Assembly (NCBI GenBank): GCA_044376115.1
Contig: JBILLK010000003.1
Coordinates: 192,001-256,000 of the forward strand
Direction: 5' to 3'
From: Polyangiaceae bacterium
GTDB taxonomy: Bacteria > Myxococcota_A > Polyangia > Polyangiales > Polyangiaceae
DNA length: 64,000 nt
Shown: in pieces, positions 28,732-37,771 of the stretch
Layout of the letters: every line of letters starts with the position of its first letter
Position numbering within the stretch: the stretch's first letter is position 1
Made by a program: the position numbers and the translations under genes
Notes under the pieces: model-generated
Told to the model about the DNA's origin: nothing
Databases searched by the model: none
What the model saw: the letters and a program-made list of their open reading frames with translations, nothing else

Positions 28732-29703
28732 TCAGCCTGGTGGCGGCGTCAAAACAGCGAGTGCCTTGGGAAGTACTTCAACCTCGAGGGGTAAGCCGCC
28801 CAGTGGCTCTCCGTCTGCGTCGTTCAAGAAAACGTTTTGCGCGTCTTCATTGAGTAGGTTGAGGCGAAGCTTCTGACAGCGAAAATGCCGCACATTGGGG
28901 TGGTTCAGGTGCTTGCCCTTGTAGATGGCTGAGCTGTCCATCGCGAACTTCAGCTTCGCCGCAGCCCCGAGATCAACCACATCAAAGACCCCGTCCGAAA
29001 GCTCCGCCATCGGAGCAACGTGCATTCCAGAGCCAAAATACCGGCCGTTGCAGATGGCGATCTGCCTAGTTTTCACGGTCTCTACGGTTTCTTTGCCGTC
29101 CAACCAGTGGGTCAGCCGCAGCACGCCGACTTGGCCGTGCACGAGTGCCTTCGTTGACGCCCAAAAGTAGCCGGCGGTACCTCCGAGCCAGGCGGCCGAC
29201 TCGTGCACGAATTTATCGACGAGACCGCCCATGCCGGCAGAGAGGATGTTGATGAAGTACGCCGTACGGTCGGCGGTGGCGTTCTCGCCAGGGCGCGGCG
29301 GGTCGGCGTAGCGAAAGCGACCAACGTCGACCAGCGTGGTGTGCCCGGAGGCGATCACCGACAGGAAGCGGTCGAGCCGTGGTTCAAGGCCCAGCGTCTT
29401 GCAGAAGTCCGATCCGGTGCCACGGCCGATGATGCCAAGCGCGGTCTTGCGATGCCCCTCGGCTTGGGCCTTCATTAGGCCGTTAACCACCTCGTGAATC
29501 GAGCCGTCCCCACCGGTGGCGATCACCAGCTCGCGGTCCTCAAGCGCGGCTTGATAGGCGAGCTCGGTCGCGTGTCGAGGGTGGCTCGTCAGCGCGCCGT
29601 CCACCGAGCCGAGTGCTGCCTCAACCGTCTTGAGCAGCGCTTCCGGCGTGATCTTGCCGCGCCCCGAACCGGCCCTTGGATTGACGATGCAGAGCGGCTT
29701 CAC
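28732..29703 (-). CDS. Diacylglycerol/lipid kinase family protein (YegS/DagK-like)
   Basis: IVNPRAG, GGDGSIHEVVNG, GTGSDF, NGRYFGSGM, ADGE. Confidence 0.9.
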   Translation of the reverse strand: MKPLCIVNPRAGSGRGKITPEALLKTVEAALGSVDGALTSHPRHATELAYQAALEDRELVIATGGDGSIHEVVNGLMKAQAEGHRKTALGIIGRGTGSDFCKTLGLEPRLDRFLSVIASGHTTLVDVGRFRYADPPRPGENATADRTAYFINILSAGMGGLVDKFVHESAAWLGGTAGYFWASTKALVHGQVGVLRLTHWLDGKETVETVKTRQIAICNGRYFGSGMHVAPMAELSDGVFDVVDLGAAAKLKFAMDSSAIYKGKHLNHPNVRHFRCQKLRLNLLNEDAQNVFLNDADGEPLGGLPLEVEVLPKALAVLTPPPG

Positions 29704-30632
29704 TTCTTCTTGGCCTTCATCCGCGAAACCAGGTCCGAAACCGCCTTGTCGTAGGCGCTCTTCAGCTCCGTTCGCCGCTCCTTGATCCGCTCGAGCTCTT
29801 TCGTGGTTTGGGTGATGGCCTCATCAGCCGTCTTGAGGCGCTCCTCCGCCAATGCCACGCGCTCCTTTTTGGATTTCTCGCTGTCGGCCGAAGGCTTGGC
29901 CGTGCCTTTGGCGGGCTCCTTTTCTTCCTCGAGCAACTTTTGGATCGAGCTCTTCGCGTCTTCTGCGGCTGAACGAGCTTGGTTCAAGTCCTCCTCGGCG
30001 AACTCCATCTGCACGTTGACGAAGTAGCTGGCCTTCGCAATCTCGGCGGCAAGTAGCTCGAGCGTTGGAAGGTTCTTCTTTCCGAGCACATCCTGATTGC
30101 GCTCGAGAATCAGAAAGCCGTCATTCGCGCTTTGCATGCGCTTCTCGATTCTCTCTTTGACGCCGTCTTTGAGGGAGGTGGAGACGGCGCCCCAGGCGTC
30201 GACTTCGCAGCCCTTTTGCTTGGCTGCGTAGGCTACGGAGCCGCCGACTTTCTTGGTGAGGGGGTCACGTTCTTCTTCGAAGAAGCTCGCAGTGGTCGCC
30301 ATCTCACGGCTGGCCAAGCCGTAGGCGGGATCTTTGCCAGCGTCATCGGAGGCCTCGAGGACCTCAACGACCCGGTCGAAATCCGAATCGACGATCTTGT
30401 CCCCGAGCGCAGGCAACGTACCGAGCGTTGCCGTTGTTTCCGCCTCACCGTTGCGGATGCGGGTGGCCACGCTCAGGGAGGCCGGCGGAACGCGCAACGC
30501 TGCTCCTCGTTGGTCCGTATCCAAGTCCGTTGCTGTCTTCGACTGCGGTTCCTGACATCCAACAGCGAGGAGCAGACCTAGGCCAACGGCCCAACGAACG
30601 TGACGCACAGCGGTAAGCCTCATCGCGGCCAT
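29700..30632 (-). CDS. Hypothetical coiled-coil lipoprotein
   Basis: LAVGC lipobox; E/K-rich helical C-terminus. Start trimmed to avoid overlap with the divergent peroxiredoxin. Confidence 0.7.
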   Translation of the reverse strand: MAAMRLTAVRHVRWAVGLGLLLAVGCQEPQSKTATDLDTDQRGAALRVPPASLSVATRIRNGEAETTATLGTLPALGDKIVDSDFDRVVEVLEASDDAGKDPAYGLASREMATTASFFEEERDPLTKKVGGSVAYAAKQKGCEVDAWGAVSTSLKDGVKERIEKRMQSANDGFLILERNQDVLGKKNLPTLELLAAEIAKASYFVNVQMEFAEEDLNQARSAAEDAKSSIQKLLEEEKEPAKGTAKPSADSEKSKKERVALAEERLKTADEAITQTTKELERIKERRTELKSAYDKAVSDLVSRMKAKKK

Positions 30633-30740
30633 GGGACCACACCCTTGGCGGAAAACGCCAGCTTCGCGCACGCGACAAAATCGCGCCGTTTGTAGGAAAG
30701 GGGGGTCTCGGAACCGGCCGGACCGAATAAGAATCAACCC

Positions 30741-31241
30741 ATGCCCATTCAGGTTGGCCAGAAACTCCCATCGCTGCGTATCAAGGTGGCGGCGCCAGAA
30801 GGCGGGGGAGATGTGCTTTCGACCGACGAGCTCTTTGGGCGAAAGTCCGTCGTCATCTTCGGCGTGCCTGGAGCGTTTACTCCGGTCTGTTCCAACCAAC
30901 ACGTGCCCGGGTTTCTGACCCAAGAGAAGGCGTTGCGTGCGGCCGGGATCGACATGATCGCCTGTCTTTCAAGCAACGACGCTTGGGTGATGGGTGCTTG
31001 GGGCCGCTCGCTCGCGGCTTTTCCGGCGCTCACCATGTTGGCCGATGGGAACGGTGAATTCACTGAGGCCTTGGGGCTCGGTGTAGATCTTCGGCAGGGG
31101 TATCTAGGCGTCCGCACCCAGCGCTTCGCGCTGATTGCAAAGCGCTTCACCGTGCAATACCTCGGCATCGAGGAGCCCGGTAAGCTCGAGGTGTCCACGG
31201 CGGAGGCCGTGCTTACGGCGCTGACTCAGCTACCGGATTAG
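30741..31241 (+). CDS. Peroxiredoxin, Prx5/redoxin type
   Basis: PGAFTPVCS, NDAWVM, LADGNGEF. Confidence 0.92.
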   Translation: MPIQVGQKLPSLRIKVAAPEGGGDVLSTDELFGRKSVVIFGVPGAFTPVCSNQHVPGFLTQEKALRAAGIDMIACLSSNDAWVMGAWGRSLAAFPALTMLADGNGEFTEALGLGVDLRQGYLGVRTQRFALIAKRFTVQYLGIEEPGKLEVSTAEAVLTALTQLPD

Positions 31242-31242
31242 C

Positions 31243-32241
31243 TCAGGACCAAACGACGCCGCGACTGCGAAGATCCGAAACGGTGTCAGCTAGCGTCTCC
31301 GTCGGATCGCGCGGTTCCCAATCAAGTTCACTGCGCGCTTTGTTGGAGTCGACGTACCAAAAGAGTTGGGCCATCTCCAAGCTGACTGGATCGAGCCGGG
31401 TCTTGGTGTCCATGCGCGAAGCCAACGCCTCGTCGATGCGCACCGCGATCTCGGGAAGCCAGGAAGCGCGTGGCAACCGCAATTTGGGAGCCGCGATGCC
31501 GCTGACGCGCTCGAGCTTTTCACAGAAGGCTTGGGTGGTGAGATTCTGCGCTGCCAATAAATAGCGTTCCCCAGGCCGCCCCTTCTCGAAGGCCAGCACC
31601 ATCCCCACGGCCGCGTCGCGAGCGTCAACGAACGAAAGGCCACCGCCAGGTACCGCCATGATACGGCCCTCGATGAAATCGGCGACGTCGGAGGTGGACG
31701 AACCACGGTGGTCTCCAGGGCCGAGCAGGAGCGTCGGGTTCACCAAAACGACCTCGAAGTTGGGCGGATCATTGCGCTCGAGCGCGGCCTCCTCTGCGAA
31801 GTACTTCGAGCGATAGTACGGAAACTTCGCCAAGAGCTTCATCGGCGGCTTGGCCGTCTCATTCAGTTCTCGCGCCTCGGAGCTGAGGGCGATGGTTCCG
31901 CTGGTCGAAGCGACCACGGCTCTTCGCACGCCCGCTTTGCGCCCTGCGTCGAGCACCTTCCGCGTGCCCTCGACGTGGAGCTTGTGGAGCTCCTCTGCGT
32001 CCGCGCGGTTGCGCGAAACCTTGCCCGCGCAGTGAAAGAGACCGTCACAACCTGCGGCTGCCGTGGCCACGACCGTCTCGTTCAAGATGTCTCCGAGCGC
32101 GAGCTGTACGCGTTCGGGAAGCGGCTGCTCATCATCGGCACGGCGCACGAGCGCGACCACTTCATGCCCACGTTCAAGCAGCTGATCGACCACAAACCGA
32201 CCGAGGAAGCCGGTAGCTCCAGTGACGAGAATCCTACTCAT
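31243..32241 (-). CDS. Extended SDR, NAD-dependent epimerase/dehydratase (ElbE/HpnA-like)
   Basis: ILVTGATGFLG, YYRSK, GPGD; ATGA overlap with the upstream megaenzyme. Confidence 0.88.
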   Translation of the reverse strand: MSRILVTGATGFLGRFVVDQLLERGHEVVALVRRADDEQPLPERVQLALGDILNETVVATAAAGCDGLFHCAGKVSRNRADAEELHKLHVEGTRKVLDAGRKAGVRRAVVASTSGTIALSSEARELNETAKPPMKLLAKFPYYRSKYFAEEAALERNDPPNFEVVLVNPTLLLGPGDHRGSSTSDVADFIEGRIMAVPGGGLSFVDARDAAVGMVLAFEKGRPGERYLLAAQNLTTQAFCEKLERVSGIAAPKLRLPRASWLPEIAVRIDEALASRMDTKTRLDPVSLEMAQLFWYVDSNKARSELDWEPRDPTETLADTVSDLRSRGVVWS

Positions 32242-35200
32242 GAGAGATCGAACACCTTCTGAAAGGTTTGCAGCAGGGAGATGTCGTTGCTCTTCACAGC
32301 ACCGCTGAGAAACTCCATCGGCGAAGGAACATAGGCCTCCTTCACGATGCGGGTGAAAATCTCCGGGGTCGTCTTCAGCACACAGTCGGCGACGCCACCG
32401 TCGGGCTTTCCTGGTGCGGCCCAACAGCTCTTCGCGTCGACTTTGAGCGTCCACTTCTCGTCGTTGCCCGAGCCAAGCGTGAAGTAGAAGGTGAGCGGCT
32501 TCTCGACGCGGTCTTGTTTGAAGCGCGTCTCGAGATCACGAAAGAGCTTTTGCAGCGGCGTCTCGCTTGGCGCGACCGGCAGCTGCTCGCCGTCGCTCAG
32601 CTCGGCCAGATCCAAGATGCGACCTTCACGCAATTCACGCACGGCTCGTTCTGTCAGCTCGGCGATCTTGCGACACGCTGCGGAGAGCTTCATGCCCTCG
32701 GTCAGCCGGCGTAGATCCTCGACGCGCAGCGGCTTGCCGATGCGCGCGATGATGTCGCGTTTGGTCGGGATCTTCGAGCCCTTGCGCATCGCCTCGTACG
32801 TCCCTCCGATGTAGACCGGCAGGATGTCGACGTTGTGGCCCAGCGCGAGATGACCGATCGCGGGCTTGAACTCCGTGATTGAACCGTCCACCGAGCGAGT
32901 CCCCTCGGGGAAGATCAGCACAGTGTTACCGCGGTCGAGATGGTCACCTGCGATGCGCAAAGCCTGCCGCAGGCCACCCTTACGATCAAACGGCGCAAGG
33001 TTGGTGAAGTTCTCGAAGTAGGTGCGACGCCACTTGTTGCCCTCGAAGAAGTAGTCCTGCGCCGCGAGGGAGACCAAGTCTTCACCGTAGGAACCGAGCG
33101 CGTACTTGACGAAGCCCATGTCCAAGTGGCTCGAGTGGTTGGAGACCACGATGGTGTTGCGATTGTGCGGGACGTGAGCACGACCAAACACCTTGGGCCG
33201 CATCACCGAGCCGTAAAAGCCCATCTGAACTCTGGTGAGCGCGCGCTTGGTGACGCGAGCGATCGGCTCAGGGACCTCGATCGGCTGATCGTTGGAGCTG
33301 GACTCAACAAGGCCTTCGGCGGCAAGCGCATCCGCACCGTGGGCAGCCCGTCGAACCACTTCCTCGAGCTCGCTGACGGTCTCGCAGCGGGCCAGATCTT
33401 TGCCGTCGATGGGGCCGCCAGCGACTGCTTCCAAGGCCGTCAACAGCTCCACGGCTACAAGCGAATCAACCCCCAGATCTCCGCGCAACGTAGTGCCCGC
33501 ATGGAGGTCCTTCTGCGAACGGTTGGTGATGCTGGCGAGCACCGCACGCACTGGCGTGGTGCCGCGCTCCGAGGTCACCACGGTGGAGGCCTCTTGTAGC
33601 CGCGAGAGGATCGCCACGACGTCGGGCCGCTTCACCTTGCGCGTCGCCGTGCGAGGCAAGTCCGCCTCGTACACGACGACGACCTCCGGTTTGGCTACGC
33701 GCGGCAAGTCTTCGAAGCGCTCGCGCAGGTTGCGCACGGCCTTCTCGCGGATCGTCGCGCGAGCTCGCGGTGAATCATCCGAAGGAGCCTCCGGCACCCA
33801 CAAAAGAGCGACCTTCTCTCCGCCGTTTCCGTCGGGCAACCCGACCACGCTGAGCTCTTTGACGCCATCGATCTTGCCGAGCAGCGTCTCCACGTCGTCG
33901 GGGTAGACGTTCTCCCCGCTGGGCCCAACGATCACGTCCTTGGAGCGACCGACGATGGCCAAGCGGCCTTTCTTGTCGATCTTTCCGAGATCGCCCGTGT
34001 GCAGCCAGCCGTCTTCGGAAAGGACCTTTCGTGTTGCGTCGAGGTTGCCCTCATAGCCGCGCATCACGTTGGGACCGCGCGCAACGACCTCACCGACGCC
34101 TTCGCCGTCGGGGTTCTCGATGCGTAGCTCTACACCCGGTACCGGTTTGCCGACGTGACCGTAGCCAGCTCGCAGATCGGCTTTGGCGACGGTGAGCACC
34201 GGAGAAGCCTCGGTCAGGCCGTAGCCCTCGGAGAGGGGCAAGCCCAGCCCGGCAAATAGCTTGGCCGTGTCCTTCGGCAGGGCAGCGCCCCCGGAGATCA
34301 AGTGGCGAATGCGCCCACCGAAGCGATCGTGCACGGCGCCGAAGAAGAGCCGACCGGTGTTGAGCCCGGTGGTCTTGCCGATCAAGCGATTGAGCTCGAG
34401 CGTCATGTCGAAGGCGCGGGTCGCCAGCGGGCCGCGCTCGCGTACCTCCGAAAGGATTCTGCGCTCGAGCATTTGCCAGAGCGCGGGCACGCCAGCCATC
34501 GCCGTTATACGGCCGGCGGTGAGCCCCTCGCGCAGCCCGTCGGCGTTGAGCTCGCGGATGTAGATCACGCGGGCGCCCAACATCAGCGGGAGCAGCAGGC
34601 CGCAAGTGAACTCGAAGGTGTGATGGAGCGGCAACACTGAGAGCACGTGATCCGACGGGCCGAGCGGGAAGATCGGCGCCAAGGCGGCCAGCAAAGAGGC
34701 GAAGTTGCGATGGGTCAGCATCACGCCCTTCGGCTCACCGGTGGTCCCGCTGGTGTAGATGATGCTCGCGAGATCGTCGGAGTGCGGCTTGACGCCGTGC
34801 ACGCGGGCCCGCGCGAGGTGGGCTTCTCCCGGGGTCGGGTTCGCGGCGAGCACCACATCGATCACGGGCAGAGAAGGGAAGGCAGCGCGCACGGCAGGGC
34901 CGGCTTTCTCCTCGACCGTCTCGTCCCAGAGGGCCAGCTCCGCTGCGCTGGAACGGACGATGTTGGTGAACTGCGGGCCTTCCAGCGCCGGATCCACCGG
35001 GACGGCGACCGCGCCGAGCCGCAAGATGCCGAAGTAGCAGAGGGCCCACTCCGGCCGATTGCGCGCGCTCAGGATCACGCGGTCCCCTTGCTTTACGCCA
35101 GCGTCCGCGAGCAGTCCGGCGACGTGATGGGAGATGTCGCGTAGTTGCCGGAAGGTGATGCGAGTGAGCCCCTCGGGGGTAACTTCTTGCAAGGCCAGCG

Positions 35201-37010
35201 AGTGCTCGTGCCGCTCGGCCACCTCATCGACGAGGTCCAGCAGGTGGTCGTACGCGCGGATCGCCTTGAGCTTCGGCACCATGCGCTCGTCGATCAGCGG
35301 GATGACCCACTTCTCGAGCCCCGGCAGATGCACGTCGTACATCCACTCGCGCCAGTCGAGCTTCTCCGGGTGCCAGATGAACTTTTGCCTTTCTTCCTCG
35401 GGCATACGGGCGAAGGCGTCACGTGTGTTCTTGCACGAGAAGATCCAGTCCGACTCGGCCGTGAACGGGACGAACAGGTCCATGATGTCCCCGCTCTTGT
35501 CCTCCGTTTTTGCGATCTGGGTCAGCGCCTTTGCCGCAGGCTTTGCGATTGATGCGAGCGGGCCGACGGCGGCGCGGTTGAGCCACTTGGACACGGTGCG
35601 CATCGCGTCGGCGTATTGGTGCGGACCGAGCGCTTGGTACTTCGCCTTGCTGACGCCCATCGACTCGAAGTGTTGCAGCACCAAATCGAGCGGCTTGCTG
35701 GACTTACCGTCGAGCACGCGCTTGCGCTTGTAGAGCCCGATCAGCTCGAGATAGCGCTCCATGGAGCACGGGTTCGTGTCGGTGACGCCGTATTGGTAGA
35801 CCGATTTGTGGCTGCCATCGATTAGCTCGACCAGCGACGCGAGCATGCCGGAGGCGACCATGTCGACGGGGATGATGTCGAGGTGCACGTTGGCGTCCCC
35901 AGGGAAGCGAACGGTGCCTTTGAGCGCCATGTAGATGAAGGGCGCGCTGGTGTTGATGCCCTCGTTCCAGCCCTTCACGGGGAACTCGACGCTCGACTCG
36001 ACCACGGCCGGCCGCACGATGGTGTAGGGCACACCGCTGTTGGCGAGCACCTGCTCACCAATGCTCTTGGTGTACGTGTAAATGTTGGACCAGCCCCAGA
36101 AGGTGGCGCGCTCGTGGCCCGAGGCGGTGAGCTGAGACTCGACGAACTTGCGCTTCACTTTGGTCAGCTCGTCATCGAGCGCTGCGCCGCGAGCGGGCTC
36201 TCCACGCTCCGCGAGGTTCTTCTTCGCTTGATCCAAAAAGGCGCTCTGGCGGAAGGCGTCATTGGAGCGGTGGCGCGCCATGCGGATCAGATCGAGGCAC
36301 TCATCGATCTCGCGCTGGGGATCCCAATGGGATCGCGACAGCAAACGGAACGGCTGCACCTCGCCGAGGACCTTCTCCCCGAAGGCGCGTGGGAACGGCA
36401 CCGCGTTGGGCGCCTCCTCCTCGATCACGCCGGAACGGTAGCCAGCGACGTAGCAGGTGCTCGTGTGAAGCACGGGCGCACGCAGCGTCTTGGCCAACGA
36501 AACTAGGTTGGTAACACCGAAGGCGTTCACCTCGAGCGCCTCGTCGAGCGGCGGGTTGAAATCAACCACGCCCGAGACGTTCACCACGGCGGTGATTTTC
36601 CCGGTCAAACGCTCGATCAGCGCCGGCTCGATACCAAGGTTCGGCTGGACGACATCCCCTGCAACCGGCGTGATCTTCGAGCGGATGAACGCCTCGAACT
36701 GCGCTCCTGGGTGCTGTTCACGCAGCGGGTCCAAACAAACCGACGTAGCAATTTGCGACCAAAAGCGCTCTTCCGCCGTTTGGTCCGCCTTCGGTCGAAC
36801 TAGCAAGTAGAGATGCCCGACGTTCGGAAAGCGCGCCAGCAGCATCCCGAGCCAGACTTTGCCCAAGAAGCCGGTACCGCCGACCACGACCATCGTGGAT
36901 CCGTCAAGCAGCTTGGTCGGATGCAGCGAGCCCGCACCCCCGGAAGTCCGTGGGGATGAAGCGTCGATTGCGCCAGTATTTGTGCCGTTCACGTGTGAGA
37001 CATTCTGCAT
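32238..37010 (-). CDS. ElbD-like multifunctional lipid enzyme: acyl reductase (FAR) - acyl-CoA synthetase - ACP - PlsC acyltransferase - SCP2-like
   Basis: GGTGFLG and YTYTK (FAR); YTSGTTGEPKG, EGYGLTE, LHTGDLG (AMP-binding); DLGVDSL (ACP Ser); NHSSHLD, FPEGTRS (PlsC); FYFTLG...ADCVLKT...FLSGAVKSND (SCP2-like). Confidence 0.88.
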   Translation of the reverse strand: MQNVSHVNGTNTGAIDASSPRTSGGAGSLHPTKLLDGSTMVVVGGTGFLGKVWLGMLLARFPNVGHLYLLVRPKADQTAEERFWSQIATSVCLDPLREQHPGAQFEAFIRSKITPVAGDVVQPNLGIEPALIERLTGKITAVVNVSGVVDFNPPLDEALEVNAFGVTNLVSLAKTLRAPVLHTSTCYVAGYRSGVIEEEAPNAVPFPRAFGEKVLGEVQPFRLLSRSHWDPQREIDECLDLIRMARHRSNDAFRQSAFLDQAKKNLAERGEPARGAALDDELTKVKRKFVESQLTASGHERATFWGWSNIYTYTKSIGEQVLANSGVPYTIVRPAVVESSVEFPVKGWNEGINTSAPFIYMALKGTVRFPGDANVHLDIIPVDMVASGMLASLVELIDGSHKSVYQYGVTDTNPCSMERYLELIGLYKRKRVLDGKSSKPLDLVLQHFESMGVSKAKYQALGPHQYADAMRTVSKWLNRAAVGPLASIAKPAAKALTQIAKTEDKSGDIMDLFVPFTAESDWIFSCKNTRDAFARMPEEERQKFIWHPEKLDWREWMYDVHLPGLEKWVIPLIDERMVPKLKAIRAYDHLLDLVDEVAERHEHSLALQEVTPEGLTRITFRQLRDISHHVAGLLADAGVKQGDRVILSARNRPEWALCYFGILRLGAVAVPVDPALEGPQFTNIVRSSAAELALWDETVEEKAGPAVRAAFPSLPVIDVVLAANPTPGEAHLARARVHGVKPHSDDLASIIYTSGTTGEPKGVMLTHRNFASLLAALAPIFPLGPSDHVLSVLPLHHTFEFTCGLLLPLMLGARVIYIRELNADGLREGLTAGRITAMAGVPALWQMLERRILSEVRERGPLATRAFDMTLELNRLIGKTTGLNTGRLFFGAVHDRFGGRIRHLISGGAALPKDTAKLFAGLGLPLSEGYGLTEASPVLTVAKADLRAGYGHVGKPVPGVELRIENPDGEGVGEVVARGPNVMRGYEGNLDATRKVLSEDGWLHTGDLGKIDKKGRLAIVGRSKDVIVGPSGENVYPDDVETLLGKIDGVKELSVVGLPDGNGGEKVALLWVPEAPSDDSPRARATIREKAVRNLRERFEDLPRVAKPEVVVVYEADLPRTATRKVKRPDVVAILSRLQEASTVVTSERGTTPVRAVLASITNRSQKDLHAGTTLRGDLGVDSLVAVELLTALEAVAGGPIDGKDLARCETVSELEEVVRRAAHGADALAAEGLVESSSNDQPIEVPEPIARVTKRALTRVQMGFYGSVMRPKVFGRAHVPHNRNTIVVSNHSSHLDMGFVKYALGSYGEDLVSLAAQDYFFEGNKWRRTYFENFTNLAPFDRKGGLRQALRIAGDHLDRGNTVLIFPEGTRSVDGSITEFKPAIGHLALGHNVDILPVYIGGTYEAMRKGSKIPTKRDIIARIGKPLRVEDLRRLTEGMKLSAACRKIAELTERAVRELREGRILDLAELSDGEQLPVAPSETPLQKLFRDLETRFKQDRVEKPLTFYFTLGSGNDEKWTLKVDAKSCWAAPGKPDGGVADCVLKTTPEIFTRIVKEAYVPSPMEFLSGAVKSNDISLLQTFQKVFDLS

Positions 37011-37295
37011 GAGGGGCCGATGGGCGCGGACGTTTTGCCTGTACAGGCGCAGCGTCAAGCCGCGTGAACGTCCTTCGCTCGAGAACGCCGTTTCACTGCG
37101 TTTTGGAAGGCTCTCGGGCGGGTCGGCCGCCACTTTGGGGCGCCAATGTGCGACTTCCAGCACCTGCCGTCCGGCATGAAACCCGGCGCTTGGCAGCAAA
37201 ATCAGGCGCTGGAAAAAAAAGAGCGCGACAATCTTTGGAGCATCGCGTCTTCTCCCTGACCAAGTTCAGTCACTCGTCAATTCTGGGAGATCGTT

Positions 37296-37706
37296 ATGTT
37301 GAAGAAAGCCTTGTCCAGTTCCTTCGTGCTTGTTCCCGCCGCCCTTTTCGGGCTCGTCGTTGCGGCCACCGGCTGCGGCGAAGTTACGAAGATCCAGGAA
37401 TGCAGCGCCGTGATCGAAGCGGTGAACAAGGGCCAGGACGCGTTCAAGATCGAGTTCGACGAAAAGAAGATGGAAGCTCAGGCCAAGAAGGTCGAGGACT
37501 TCGAGAAGGCCATCGGCGAGGTGAAGATCACCGACGCCGAACTCAAGAAGAGCGTCGATGAGTACCGCGCGATGGTGACCGATATGGCCAAGGTTCTGCG
37601 CGACGTGGCCAAAGGCGACGCAACGATTGAGAAGCGCGTCGACGATATCGTGAAGAAAGAATCTGAGCTGGTAAACAAGATCAACAACTACTGCAACCGC
37701 AAGTAG
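37296..37706 (+). CDS. Small helical lipoprotein
   Basis: AATGC lipobox; strongly GC3-biased codons; GGAG RBS. Confidence 0.8.
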   Translation: MLKKALSSSFVLVPAALFGLVVAATGCGEVTKIQECSAVIEAVNKGQDAFKIEFDEKKMEAQAKKVEDFEKAIGEVKITDAELKKSVDEYRAMVTDMAKVLRDVAKGDATIEKRVDDIVKKESELVNKINNYCNRK

Positions 37707-37723
37707 AGCTTCCCTTCACGGCT

Positions 37724-37749
37724 GGATACGCAGGTTCGCCTGCGTATCC
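37724..37749. terminator. Perfect 11-bp stem with TTCG loop (terminator-like or RNA-stabilising hairpin)
   Basis: GGATACGCAGG-TTCG-CCTGCGTATCC, 17 nt after the stop; no U-tract. Confidence 0.55.
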
Positions 37750-37771
37750 TCGTGCCGGAGGCCAACGTTCG

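Noticed and set aside
32238..37010. NRPS/PKS secondary-metabolite cluster
   Set aside because: No condensation or ketosynthase domains; the architecture fits lipid biosynthesis.
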